Positions 1-7,164 of a stretch of DNA of 16,803 bases are shown in pieces (within the stretch, counting starts at the first letter, position 1; every line of letters begins with the position of its first letter). Source of the stretch: a bacterium (lineage in GTDB: Bacteria > Desulfobacterota > DSWW01); assembly GCA_040756235.1 (NCBI GenBank), contig JBFLZG010000127.1:1-16803 (forward strand). The letters run 5' to 3'. The position numbers and the translations under genes were made by a program. The notes beneath the pieces are model-generated. The model saw nothing but the letters and a program-made list of their open reading frames with translations. It searched no databases and was not told where the DNA came from.

Positions 1-56
1 GCCGGTTTATTTTACGGGTCGATGGCGGGCGTCGCCACCCCACCTCCCTGGGTCCG

Positions 57-94
57 GAGGTTGCTTCGGTCGCCGGCGGCTCCCTCGCAATGTC
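57..94. repeat. Degenerate free-standing REP-like arm related to the internal module of MITE copies 1/3/5
   Basis: GAGGTTGCTTCGGTCGCCGGCGGCTCCCTCGCAATGTC resembles GATTGCTTCGCTTCGCTCGCAAC (9611-9633) and TTCCTCGTCGCTGGCGCTCCTCGGAAC (1786-1812). Confidence 0.4.
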
Positions 95-196
95 CGCAAC
101 AATTCGGCTCCTCGCTCCGCCCGCTCCATGCGACCTTGGCCGGGGATGACGCGCCCTTGGGCCGGTTCGAGAGGGGCGCGGCTCACCGAAACCCGA

Positions 197-225
197 TTGA
201 CCGCCCGCGAGCCCCTGGGTAGGAT
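197..225 (+). promoter_or_regulatory. Putative sigma70 promoter for the purF-like gene
   Basis: TTGACC (197-202), 17-bp spacer, TAGGAT (220-225), about 70 bp upstream of ATG 295. Confidence 0.6.
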
Positions 226-232
226 GAGGCGA

Positions 233-262
233 ACCCGGGGCCCTTCGGCCCCGGGTCCTTTT
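233..262 (+). promoter_or_regulatory. 5' leader stem-loop followed by a short T run
   Basis: Perfect 10-bp stem ACCCGGGGCC-CTTC-GGCCCCGGGT (233-256), then CCTTTT. Confidence 0.45.
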
Positions 263-294
263 GACCGTATACCGCACATGGAAAGGGATCGCTG

Positions 295-1686
295 ATGAGC
301 GGCTTGTTCGGCGTCGTATCCACCGGCAACTGCAACGAAACGCTCCTGTACGGGACCGATTATCACTCGCACATGGGGACCGAGATGGCCGGCATGGTGG
401 TCGTGGGCAGCCGCATCCACCGCCGTATCCACGACATCCGGCTCGCCCAGTTCAAATCCAAGTTCGCCGACGAGTACCGGTCCATGACCGGTCAGCTCGG
501 CATCGGCGTAATCAGCGATCTGGATCCGCAGCCCATCCTCATGTCCACCCACTTCGGAGATTTCGCCGTCGCCACGATGGGCCGGCTCCTCAACGCGCCG
601 GCGCTGATCCAACAGCTCCACAAGCAGGGCGCCGCGTTCTCCGAGATCATCGACGGCGGGATCAACCGCACCGAGATCGTGGCCCGCATGATCGCCTCCG
701 GCAAGAACCCGGTGGACGGGCTCGCGACGGCCCTGGGGCGCGTGGAAGGCTCCTGTTCGATCCTGCTGCTCACCGCGGCAGGCCTCTATGCGGCGCGCGA
801 CAACAGGGGCCGGACGCCCCTGGTTTTGGGCCGCAGGGGCGGTGATTGGGCGGTGGCCAGCGAGAGCTGCTCGTTCACCAACCTCGGGTTCCGCATCGAG
901 CGGGACATCGGGCCGGGAGAGATCCTCTACATCGAGCCCCACGGACTCCAGCAGATGCGGCCCGGCTTCGACAAGAAGCGGGTCTGTGCCTTCCTCTGGA
1001 TCTACACCGGATACCCTGCATCCTGTTATGAGGGCGTCTCCGTGGAGGCCGTGCGCGAGCGTTGCGGCAGGGCCCTGGCGCGGGGAGACCAGGTCGAGGC
1101 GGATTTCGCGGCCGGCGTTCCGGACTCGGGCACCGGGCATGCCATCGGGTACGCCATGCAAGCGGGCATCCCTTATCGAAGGCCTCTGGTCAAGTACACG
1201 CCCGGCTACGGCAGGAGCTACACGCCGCCTTCGCAGGAAATCCGCGATCTGGTGGCGGAGATGAAGCTGCTGCCGGTTCGGGACGTGATCGAAGGGAACC
1301 GGATCGTGCTGTGTGAGGATTCGATCGTCCGGGGAACGCAGCTTCGCAATCTGACCGTACAGAAGCTCTGGGAAGGCCGGGCCAGGGAGATCCACATCCG
1401 GCCCGCCTGCCCGCCCCTCATGTTCCCGTGCAAGTTCCTGCGGGCCACCCGGTCCGTCCACGAGCTGGCCGCCCGCAGGGCGATCACGGCCATTGAAGGG
1501 AAGGAGCTCGAGTCGGTCGACGCCTACCTGGACGAGGAGAGCCGGAAGTACGCCGACATGGTCGACTGGATCCGTCGCGATCTGAACGTGACGACCCTTC
1601 GCTACCAGCGACTGACCGACATGGTGGAGGCGATCGGACTGCCGCGGGAACACCTCTGCCTGTATTGCTGGACCGGCGAAGAATGA
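295..1686 (+). CDS. purF: Amidophosphoribosyltransferase (PurF family), variant lacking the N-terminal catalytic Cys
   Basis: 463 aa with ARDNRGRTPLVLG, VASESC, GVPDSG, PRPP-site LCEDSIVRGTQ, and Fe-S Cys motifs (CAFLWIY, PACPP..PC, CLYCWTG); N-terminus MSGLFG; GAAAGGGA upstream. Confidence 0.9.
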   Translation: MSGLFGVVSTGNCNETLLYGTDYHSHMGTEMAGMVVVGSRIHRRIHDIRLAQFKSKFADEYRSMTGQLGIGVISDLDPQPILMSTHFGDFAVATMGRLLNAPALIQQLHKQGAAFSEIIDGGINRTEIVARMIASGKNPVDGLATALGRVEGSCSILLLTAAGLYAARDNRGRTPLVLGRRGGDWAVASESCSFTNLGFRIERDIGPGEILYIEPHGLQQMRPGFDKKRVCAFLWIYTGYPASCYEGVSVEAVRERCGRALARGDQVEADFAAGVPDSGTGHAIGYAMQAGIPYRRPLVKYTPGYGRSYTPPSQEIRDLVAEMKLLPVRDVIEGNRIVLCEDSIVRGTQLRNLTVQKLWEGRAREIHIRPACPPLMFPCKFLRATRSVHELAARRAITAIEGKELESVDAYLDEESRKYADMVDWIRRDLNVTTLRYQRLTDMVEAIGLPREHLCLYCWTGEE

Positions 1687-1690
1687 ACTC

Positions 1691-1888
1691 GGCTGTTGAA
1701 AAACGCCCATCTGCGGAGCTTGTTGCGAGCGAAGCGAAGCAATCTCCCTGACAGAATACAGCGGCAATCAGCGGTATCCGGGGGTTTCCTCGTCGCTGGC
1801 GCTCCTCGGAACAGGCCTCAGGACTTGGCCTGCCTTGCATCCGGGCATTTTTGAACAGCCTCTCCAGAGGGTGTCTCTCGACACCCTC
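1691..1888 (+). mobile_element. MITE-like hairpin element, copy 1 (module A subtype)
   Basis: Left end GGCTGTTGAAAAACGCCC (1691) pairs 16/18 with inner right end GGGCATTTTTGAACAGCC (to 1860); shared CCCATCTGC...GCCTTGCATC core; tail hairpin CAGAGGGTGTC-TCTC-GACACCCTCTG (1865-1890). Confidence 0.8.
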
Positions 1889-1890
1889 TG
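1865..1890. terminator. Perfect 11-bp hairpin between convergent purF and S1-domain genes (also the MITE tail)
   Basis: CAGAGGGTGTC/GACACCCTCTG with a 4-nt loop; no U tract, so terminator function is uncertain. Confidence 0.35.
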
Positions 1891-1911
1891 TGCAGGGGCC
1901 AGGGTCGAACC

Positions 1912-3405
1912 TCAGGGCTTCTTGACCGGGATCTTCAGGTCCTTCAAGAGGTCGCCGAGGGTCCCCATGCCGGACGATTTCCCTTTGCCCCCGACGTACT
2001 GCTGATAGGTGGCCTGCTGCTCCTGATTCTCCAGCGCCTTGAGCGACAAACGGACGCGGCCCTGCTCATCGAGATCGAGGACCTGCACCTTGAGGGAGGT
2101 GCCTTCCGGGAACTTCTTCCTGAGATCGGTCTTGGGGGGGAGGCCCATCTCCTCGGCTGGCAGCAGGCCGCGGACGCCGGGCCCGGCCTGAGGCAGGCGC
2201 AGGAAGAGGCCGTAAGGCTTGATCCTCTCCACGATCCCGGTGAGGACCGCCCCTGCCTGGGGCCGCGATCCCGGGGCGGCGCCACCCGCGGCGTCCCCGG
2301 CCGCTTCGGGTTCCCGGCCCGCAGCCTCCTTCATCGAGAGCGACACGCGGCGCCTCTCTCGATCGATCTCCAGCACGCGGACCTCGACCTCCTGGCCGAC
2401 TTGGAGGACCTGGTTCGGGTGTCGGATCCGCTCATAGCTGATCTCGGAGACGTGCACAAGCCCGTCCACGCCCGGAACCAGCTCGACGAAAGCACCGAAG
2501 TCGGCCAGGCGGGTGACCTTGCCCCGGACGATCTGGCCTTCCCGGAGCTCGAGCCCCTGCTCCCACGGGCTCGGCTCGAGCGCCTTCATGGACAGCGCGA
2601 TGCGGGGCCGCCCCTCCGAGGAGGTCCGGTCCACGCTCAGGACCACGACCCTTATGGTCTGGCCCACCTGGAGGACGTCCGAAGGCTGGGCGACCCGGTA
2701 GTGAGCCATCTCGGAAATATGGAGCATCCCTTCCAGGCCTCCGATGTCCACGAAGGCGCCGAAATTCATCAGCCGTACGACCCTTCCCTCCAGCTCCACC
2801 CCGGGCTTCAGCGACTCCAGGGTTTCTCGGGCCTGCCGCTCCCGCTCCTCTTCCAACAGGGCTCGCCGGGAAACGACGATGTTCTTGCCCCGCTCCTTGA
2901 TCTCGAGAACTCGAAACATGTACCGGGCACCCACGTGCTCGGCCGGGTTCTCGCAAAAGCCCAGGTCGATCTGGCTCACCGGGCAGAAGGCGCGGTGGCC
3001 GGAGACGTCGACCTCCAGGCCGCCCTTGTTCACGGCCGTGACCCGACCCTCCACCGGGATCCTTCCCTGCTGAGCGTCCCGAAGCAGCTCCAGGGCCTCC
3101 GCCCCTCTGACCTTGAGCGCTTTGCTGAGCAGGATGCCTTCGGCCACCGACGTGACCTTCAGCTCCAGGCGGTCCCCAACCGAGACCGCAGGATTCCCCT
3201 GCTCATCGAGGAACTCCGCGAGATCCGCGATCCCTTCGCTTTTCCCGCCCAGATCGAGGAACACGCTTTCCTGGCTGACCTTGACGACCTCGCCCTCGAC
3301 GGTGTCGCCGGGCCGGAAGTCCTGTTTAGGGGTGAAGGGAGAAGACTCGAACAGCTCCGCGAAGCTCGGCTCCTTCCCTTCCTGTTCCTGCTCCTGATCC
3401 GCCAT
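1912..3405 (-). CDS. rpsA: 30S ribosomal protein S1-like multi-S1-domain RNA-binding protein
   Basis: 497 aa; about five S1 repeats (GKSEG, AFCPVSQ, FGAFVDIGGLEGMLHISE, FGAFVELVPGVDGLVHVSE, YGLFLRL); C-terminal MGTLGDLL; SD-like TAAGGA upstream. Confidence 0.8.
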   Translation of the reverse strand: MADQEQEQEGKEPSFAELFESSPFTPKQDFRPGDTVEGEVVKVSQESVFLDLGGKSEGIADLAEFLDEQGNPAVSVGDRLELKVTSVAEGILLSKALKVRGAEALELLRDAQQGRIPVEGRVTAVNKGGLEVDVSGHRAFCPVSQIDLGFCENPAEHVGARYMFRVLEIKERGKNIVVSRRALLEEERERQARETLESLKPGVELEGRVVRLMNFGAFVDIGGLEGMLHISEMAHYRVAQPSDVLQVGQTIRVVVLSVDRTSSEGRPRIALSMKALEPSPWEQGLELREGQIVRGKVTRLADFGAFVELVPGVDGLVHVSEISYERIRHPNQVLQVGQEVEVRVLEIDRERRRVSLSMKEAAGREPEAAGDAAGGAAPGSRPQAGAVLTGIVERIKPYGLFLRLPQAGPGVRGLLPAEEMGLPPKTDLRKKFPEGTSLKVQVLDLDEQGRVRLSLKALENQEQQATYQQYVGGKGKSSGMGTLGDLLKDLKIPVKKP

Positions 3406-3679
3406 ATTCCTTACCTCATAGTCAGGTCTGTTCTCGTTGAAGTTTAACAGATGCCCGCTCCGGCGTCATCCGGGAAGGATGGCGCGCTGCCCTTGCTTGA
3501 ATGTCCCGGTGCGACTGTGGTAAAAATCTATCAGCACTCCTTCTTTCCACCAGCCTGACCGCAAGAGCATGCCGTCGGAAGGTGAAAGGGAAGCGGCAAA
3601 GGTGAAAGCAGGACCGTTTCGCCCCATTGCCCTTCTCCGTTGAGCCTTTTGCCTGTGGCTCGGGCAGAACCATAAGCCA

Positions 3680-4117
3680 ATGGCAATGTTCGACTGGAGC
3701 TCGATCAACTGGGCGGAGATCCTGGTCCTGGCCGTTCTCATGACGGCCGTGCAGCTCTCGGGCTTGCTGCTCAGGAGGATCCGAAACGGGGCAGCGGCCG
3801 CGCACAGAGCCCCCGCTGCCGCCCCCTGCGGACAGTCGAACACCGCGCTCCGGGCGCACTCTGCAGGTCAGGCGGCCGCGGACGACGTACCTGAGGAAGT
3901 TGCCGCCGTGATCGCGCTCGCGCTCAGCCGATCCGGCACGGAGGCGAGCGCGCACGCCCCCGGAGCGGGCCCGCAGTCGAGCCTTCTTCCGGCCGCCGGG
4001 GAGCGGGACAGCTCCTGGAAGACCCTGGGAAGGCAGGAGTGCCACCGGCGAGCCGATGCCTGGGCCGGGTTCGGGAGCAGGAGAAACGCCAACCCCACGG
4101 GAAGCGCAAGGCCATGA
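3680..4117 (+). CDS. OadG/MmdD-like small subunit of a biotin-dependent (Na+-transporting) decarboxylase/carboxylase
   Basis: N-terminal hydrophobic helix, Ala/Pro linker, EEVAAVIALAL helix and SSWKTLGR motif; ATGA overlap with the biotin carrier gene; start may be 3686. Confidence 0.65.
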   Translation: MAMFDWSSINWAEILVLAVLMTAVQLSGLLLRRIRNGAAAAHRAPAAAPCGQSNTALRAHSAGQAAADDVPEEVAAVIALALSRSGTEASAHAPGAGPQSSLLPAAGERDSSWKTLGRQECHRRADAWAGFGSRRNANPTGSARP

Positions 4118-4656
4118 GGCGTTACGAGTACCGGATCAACGGAAGATCGTACGTTGTCGATATCCTCTCCTTTGACGGTCGGGAAGCGGCGGTCCGCGTG
4201 AACGGAACCGAATACCGGGTCAAGGCGGCGGGATCGGCCGCTGCGCCGATGCCGGACGGACGGATGGCGGCGTTGCCCGTCATCCCCGTTTCCACTGTCA
4301 CGGCTCCGGAGGCGAGCCGCTACCCGGCTTCCCCCTCGGACGGCCCCGTGCCTGCCGCCGCGGACTGCCCCCTTTCTCCTGCTGCTCCGGAGGCTTCTCC
4401 TGCTCATCCGCCGTCGTCTCCGGTCCGCACCGGCGCCGCGGGAGGAGAGACCATCTGCGCGCCCATGCCCGGCATCATCCTGAGCGTCCTCGTGCGGGAA
4501 GGCCAGGCGGTCACCGCGGGCGACCCCATGCTCGTGCTCGAAGCCATGAAAATGGAAAACGAGATCCACGCGCCACGGTCCGGCACGGTGAAGAGCGTTC
4601 TGGTCCACAAGGGGGCCGAAGTCCGACAAGGGACCCCCCTGATCGAGCTGGGCTAG
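4114..4656 (+). CDS. Biotin carboxyl carrier protein (biotinyl domain)
   Basis: MRRYEYRINGRSYVV N-terminus, Pro/Ala linker, APMPGIIL...LEAMKMENEI biotinylation motif; start at the ATGA overlap (4114) preferred over 4039. Confidence 0.9.
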   Translation: MRRYEYRINGRSYVVDILSFDGREAAVRVNGTEYRVKAAGSAAAPMPDGRMAALPVIPVSTVTAPEASRYPASPSDGPVPAAADCPLSPAAPEASPAHPPSSPVRTGAAGGETICAPMPGIILSVLVREGQAVTAGDPMLVLEAMKMENEIHAPRSGTVKSVLVHKGAEVRQGTPLIELG

Positions 4657-4930
4657 GAGGCTGTCCATAGATGCCCATCTGCTGCGTTGCGCTCATGCGT
4701 CGTGGAGGTCCTGGGGCAGCCTGCCCCGGCGAAAGCCGGGGTCGTTGCAGCGTACTCCCATGTACGCCTCACTCCTCAGGATTTGACTCGCGCCGTCCAT
4801 GGCGCTCGCCCTCCGGGCGCATCATCCTGACGGATGATGCGTCCAATTCCGCTGTCCTGCGGAATTGTCGCGCGCCTTGCATCTGGACATTTCTGAACAG
4901 CCTCCAAGAGCCTGATTCTTGGACAGGCTC
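4657..4930 (+). mobile_element. MITE-like element, copy 2 (module B plus 84-bp insert), flanked by CTAG duplication
   Basis: CTAG (4653-4656) | GAGGCTGTCCATAGATGCCCA ... TGGACATTTCTGAACAGCCTC (4904) ... TTCTTGGACAGGCTC (4930) | CTAG (4931-4934). Confidence 0.85.
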
Positions 4931-4941
4931 CTAGGAGAGCT

Positions 4942-4967
4942 GTAGGGGCGAAAAATCTTTCGCCCCT
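4942..4967 (+). repeat. GTAG-type REP palindrome
   Basis: GTAGGGGCGAAAAATCTTTCGCCCCT; near-identical copy at 5695. Confidence 0.75.
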
Positions 4968-5038
4968 CTGCACTGCACGGCTCTCGGAACGCCCACGAGA
5001 CGCGATATTCGCCATCCAGACGCGCCAGGAGGGTCCTG

Positions 5039-5680
5039 ATGGTTCCGGTCGAGCGCTGGCTGCTGGCCTGGAGGCGGCTGGTTTTCATCGCGCGACTTCG
5101 GCTCCAGGCCTTGTTGGGCCGATCCGAGCTGGAGATGGAGCTCGCCAGGGACTGCCGGATCGGCAAAGACGTCCGGGTCGTGCTCCGGGGCAAGCGCAAC
5201 AAGATCACCCTCCTCAAAGATGCCCACCTCGGCCATGGCCTTTACGTCGAGCTTCGGGACGGAGAGATCTACCTCGGTGAACGAACCGAGATACGGGACC
5301 AAGGGGTGGCCCACGTCTCCGGAAGGCTCTACCTCGAGAAGGCTTGCGGATTCAGCATCCGTTGCGTCATTCACTGCGGCAAGAGCATCGAGATCGGCCG
5401 GTACACGATCTTCGGCGAATACTGTTCCGTCATGGACGGAGAGCACGTGCACATCCAGACCGACGAATACTGGTTCTATGGGGATCCGCAGGCCCGGAAC
5501 ATCCTGGAGAGCGTGAAAATCGGCATCGGGGTCTACATCGGGAGCAAGACGACCGTGCTCAAGGGAGCCGATATCGGAGACTTCTGCAGGATCGGCGCCA
5601 ACTCCGTGGTCACGGGAACGATCGAGCCCCACACGCTGGCCGTGGGAGTTCCGGCCAAGCCCATCCGGAAGCTCGTTTAG
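5039..5680 (+). CDS. Hexapeptide-repeat (left-handed beta-helix) acyltransferase
   Basis: 213 aa; IEIGRYTIFG, VKIGIGVYIGSKTTVLKGADIGDFCRIGANSVV, VGVPAKPIR. Confidence 0.85.
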   Translation: MVPVERWLLAWRRLVFIARLRLQALLGRSELEMELARDCRIGKDVRVVLRGKRNKITLLKDAHLGHGLYVELRDGEIYLGERTEIRDQGVAHVSGRLYLEKACGFSIRCVIHCGKSIEIGRYTIFGEYCSVMDGEHVHIQTDEYWFYGDPQARNILESVKIGIGVYIGSKTTVLKGADIGDFCRIGANSVVTGTIEPHTLAVGVPAKPIRKLV

Positions 5681-5694
5681 GGGGCCTGTCAAAT

Positions 5695-5722
5695 GTAGGG
5701 GCGAAAGATCTTTCGCCCTTAC
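5695..5722 (+). repeat. GTAG-type REP palindrome
   Basis: GTAGGGGCGAAAGATCTTTCGCCCTTAC, near-perfect palindrome. Confidence 0.75.
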
Positions 5723-5765
5723 AAGGGTAGACACCCGATCGCTGCCACGCGGAGGGAAAGCCCAC

Positions 5766-6914
5766 ATGTCACTCAATTTCGACCTCACCGAAGAGCACCG
5801 GCTTTTCTGGCAGACCATCGCGTCGTTCGTGGACAAGCAAATCGCTCCGCTCGTCGACGAGGCGGAAGCGAAGGAGGCCTTTCCCGTCTCGCTCTTCAAG
5901 AAGCTGGGTGAGCTCGGGTTCCTTTGCTGCCGCTACCCGGAGGAGTACGGAGGGGCCGGGGCCGACAAGATCTCCGAATGCCTCTACATGGAAGAGCTCA
6001 ACCGGGTCTCCAGCGGCATCGCCTCGGGCCTGCTCGCGCACGCGACGCTCGCCACGAGCCCGATCTACGACTTCGGCACGGAAGAGCAGAAGAACAAGTA
6101 CCTGGTCCCGGCCATCCGCGGAGACAAGATCGGCGCTTTCGCGCTGACCGAGCCCAACGCGGGCTCCGATGCCGCGAGCATCACCTCGCGCGCGGTGCGT
6201 CAGGGGGACGATTACGTCCTGAACGGAACCAAGACCTTCATCACAAACGGGTCCCTTTGCGACTACGTGCTGGTGGCGGCCTACACGGACCCGAGCCGCA
6301 AGGGCAAGGGGATCAGCCTCTTCCTGGTGGACAAGGGCACGCCGGGCTTCCAGGTGTCACGCAAGCTCGAGAAGGCAGGGCTCCGCGCCGCGGATACGGC
6401 CGAGCTCGTGTTCGAGGACTGCCGGATCCCCCGGGAGCAGCTCCTCGGCGGCCGGGAAGGCGGGTTCGGGCAGATCGTCAAGACCCTGGTCGGCGGTAGG
6501 ATCTCCTACGGGGGCCGGTGCGCCGGCGTGGCGCGCGGCGCCTACGACGTGACCGCGCGCTACCTGCAGGAGCGCATCCAGTTCGGCCGGCCGCTGATCC
6601 AGTTCCAGGTCAACCAGTTCAAGCTCGCCGACTGGGCCATGAACATCGACATCATGCACACGATCACCTGGAAGGCGGCCTGGATGTACGATCAGGGCAG
6701 GGACTGCACCCGGGAAGCTTCCATCGTGAAGCTCTTCTGCAGCGAGACCGCGCAGAAGATCGTCAACGAAGCGATCCAGCTCTTCGGCGGTTACGGGTTC
6801 ATGATGGAGTACCCGATCCAGAGGATCTGGCGCGACTCGAGAGTGCTGACGATCACGGAAGGGGTCTCCGAGGTCCACCACGGCATTATCTTCAACAGCC
6901 TGGGGCTCAAGTAG
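5766..6914 (+). CDS. Acyl-CoA dehydrogenase
   Basis: 382 aa; PEEYGGAG, FALTEPNAGSD, LNGTKTFITNG, ERIQFGRPL, QLFGGYGFMMEYPIQR, ITEGVSEV; GGAGGG RBS. Confidence 0.95.
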   Translation: MSLNFDLTEEHRLFWQTIASFVDKQIAPLVDEAEAKEAFPVSLFKKLGELGFLCCRYPEEYGGAGADKISECLYMEELNRVSSGIASGLLAHATLATSPIYDFGTEEQKNKYLVPAIRGDKIGAFALTEPNAGSDAASITSRAVRQGDDYVLNGTKTFITNGSLCDYVLVAAYTDPSRKGKGISLFLVDKGTPGFQVSRKLEKAGLRAADTAELVFEDCRIPREQLLGGREGGFGQIVKTLVGGRISYGGRCAGVARGAYDVTARYLQERIQFGRPLIQFQVNQFKLADWAMNIDIMHTITWKAAWMYDQGRDCTREASIVKLFCSETAQKIVNEAIQLFGGYGFMMEYPIQRIWRDSRVLTITEGVSEVHHGIIFNSLGLK

Positions 6915-7082
6915 AGGCTGGCGAAACACGCCCATCTGCGAAGCCTGTTGCGAGCGACGCGAGGCAATCCCCCTGATCCTTGCGGCGGCCGACGCGACAG
7001 GGAGTTTCCTCGTCGCCCAGCCTCCTCGGAACAAGCCTCAGGACTTCGCCTGCCTTGCATCTGGGCATTTTGGGCCAGCCTC
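6914..7082 (+). mobile_element. MITE-like element, copy 3 (module A subtype)
   Basis: GAGGCTGGCGAAACACGCCCATCTGC ... GCCTTGCATCTGGGCATTTTGGGCCAGCCTC; begins at the TAG of the acyl-CoA dehydrogenase gene. Confidence 0.8.
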
Positions 7083-7164
7083 CTCAAGCTGATCTCCCTG
7101 GAGCGCCCGTCCCGGGATCCGCCGGGTGCAGCTGGATTCCGGCATGTGAGGCCGTGCGCTATCT

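Noticed and set aside
7..1767. 586-aa minus-strand ORF
   Set aside because: Antisense shadow of purF caused by GC-rich codon bias; starts inside MITE copy 1 and has no recognisable motifs
3575..3640. Cobalamin-riboswitch-like AGGGAA...GGTGAAA words
   Set aside because: Lacks the pairing TCC arm, the GCnACTG motif and the B12 box
4785..4868. Cloverleaf-like insert as a tRNA gene
   Set aside because: No 7-bp acceptor stem, no TTCRA T-loop and no canonical anticodon arm
4511..4934. Small ORFs with recurring peptides ([34 protein letters not shown]), also near 9464-9652 and 16492-16710
   Set aside because: They are translations of the MITE ends in different frames, not a protein family
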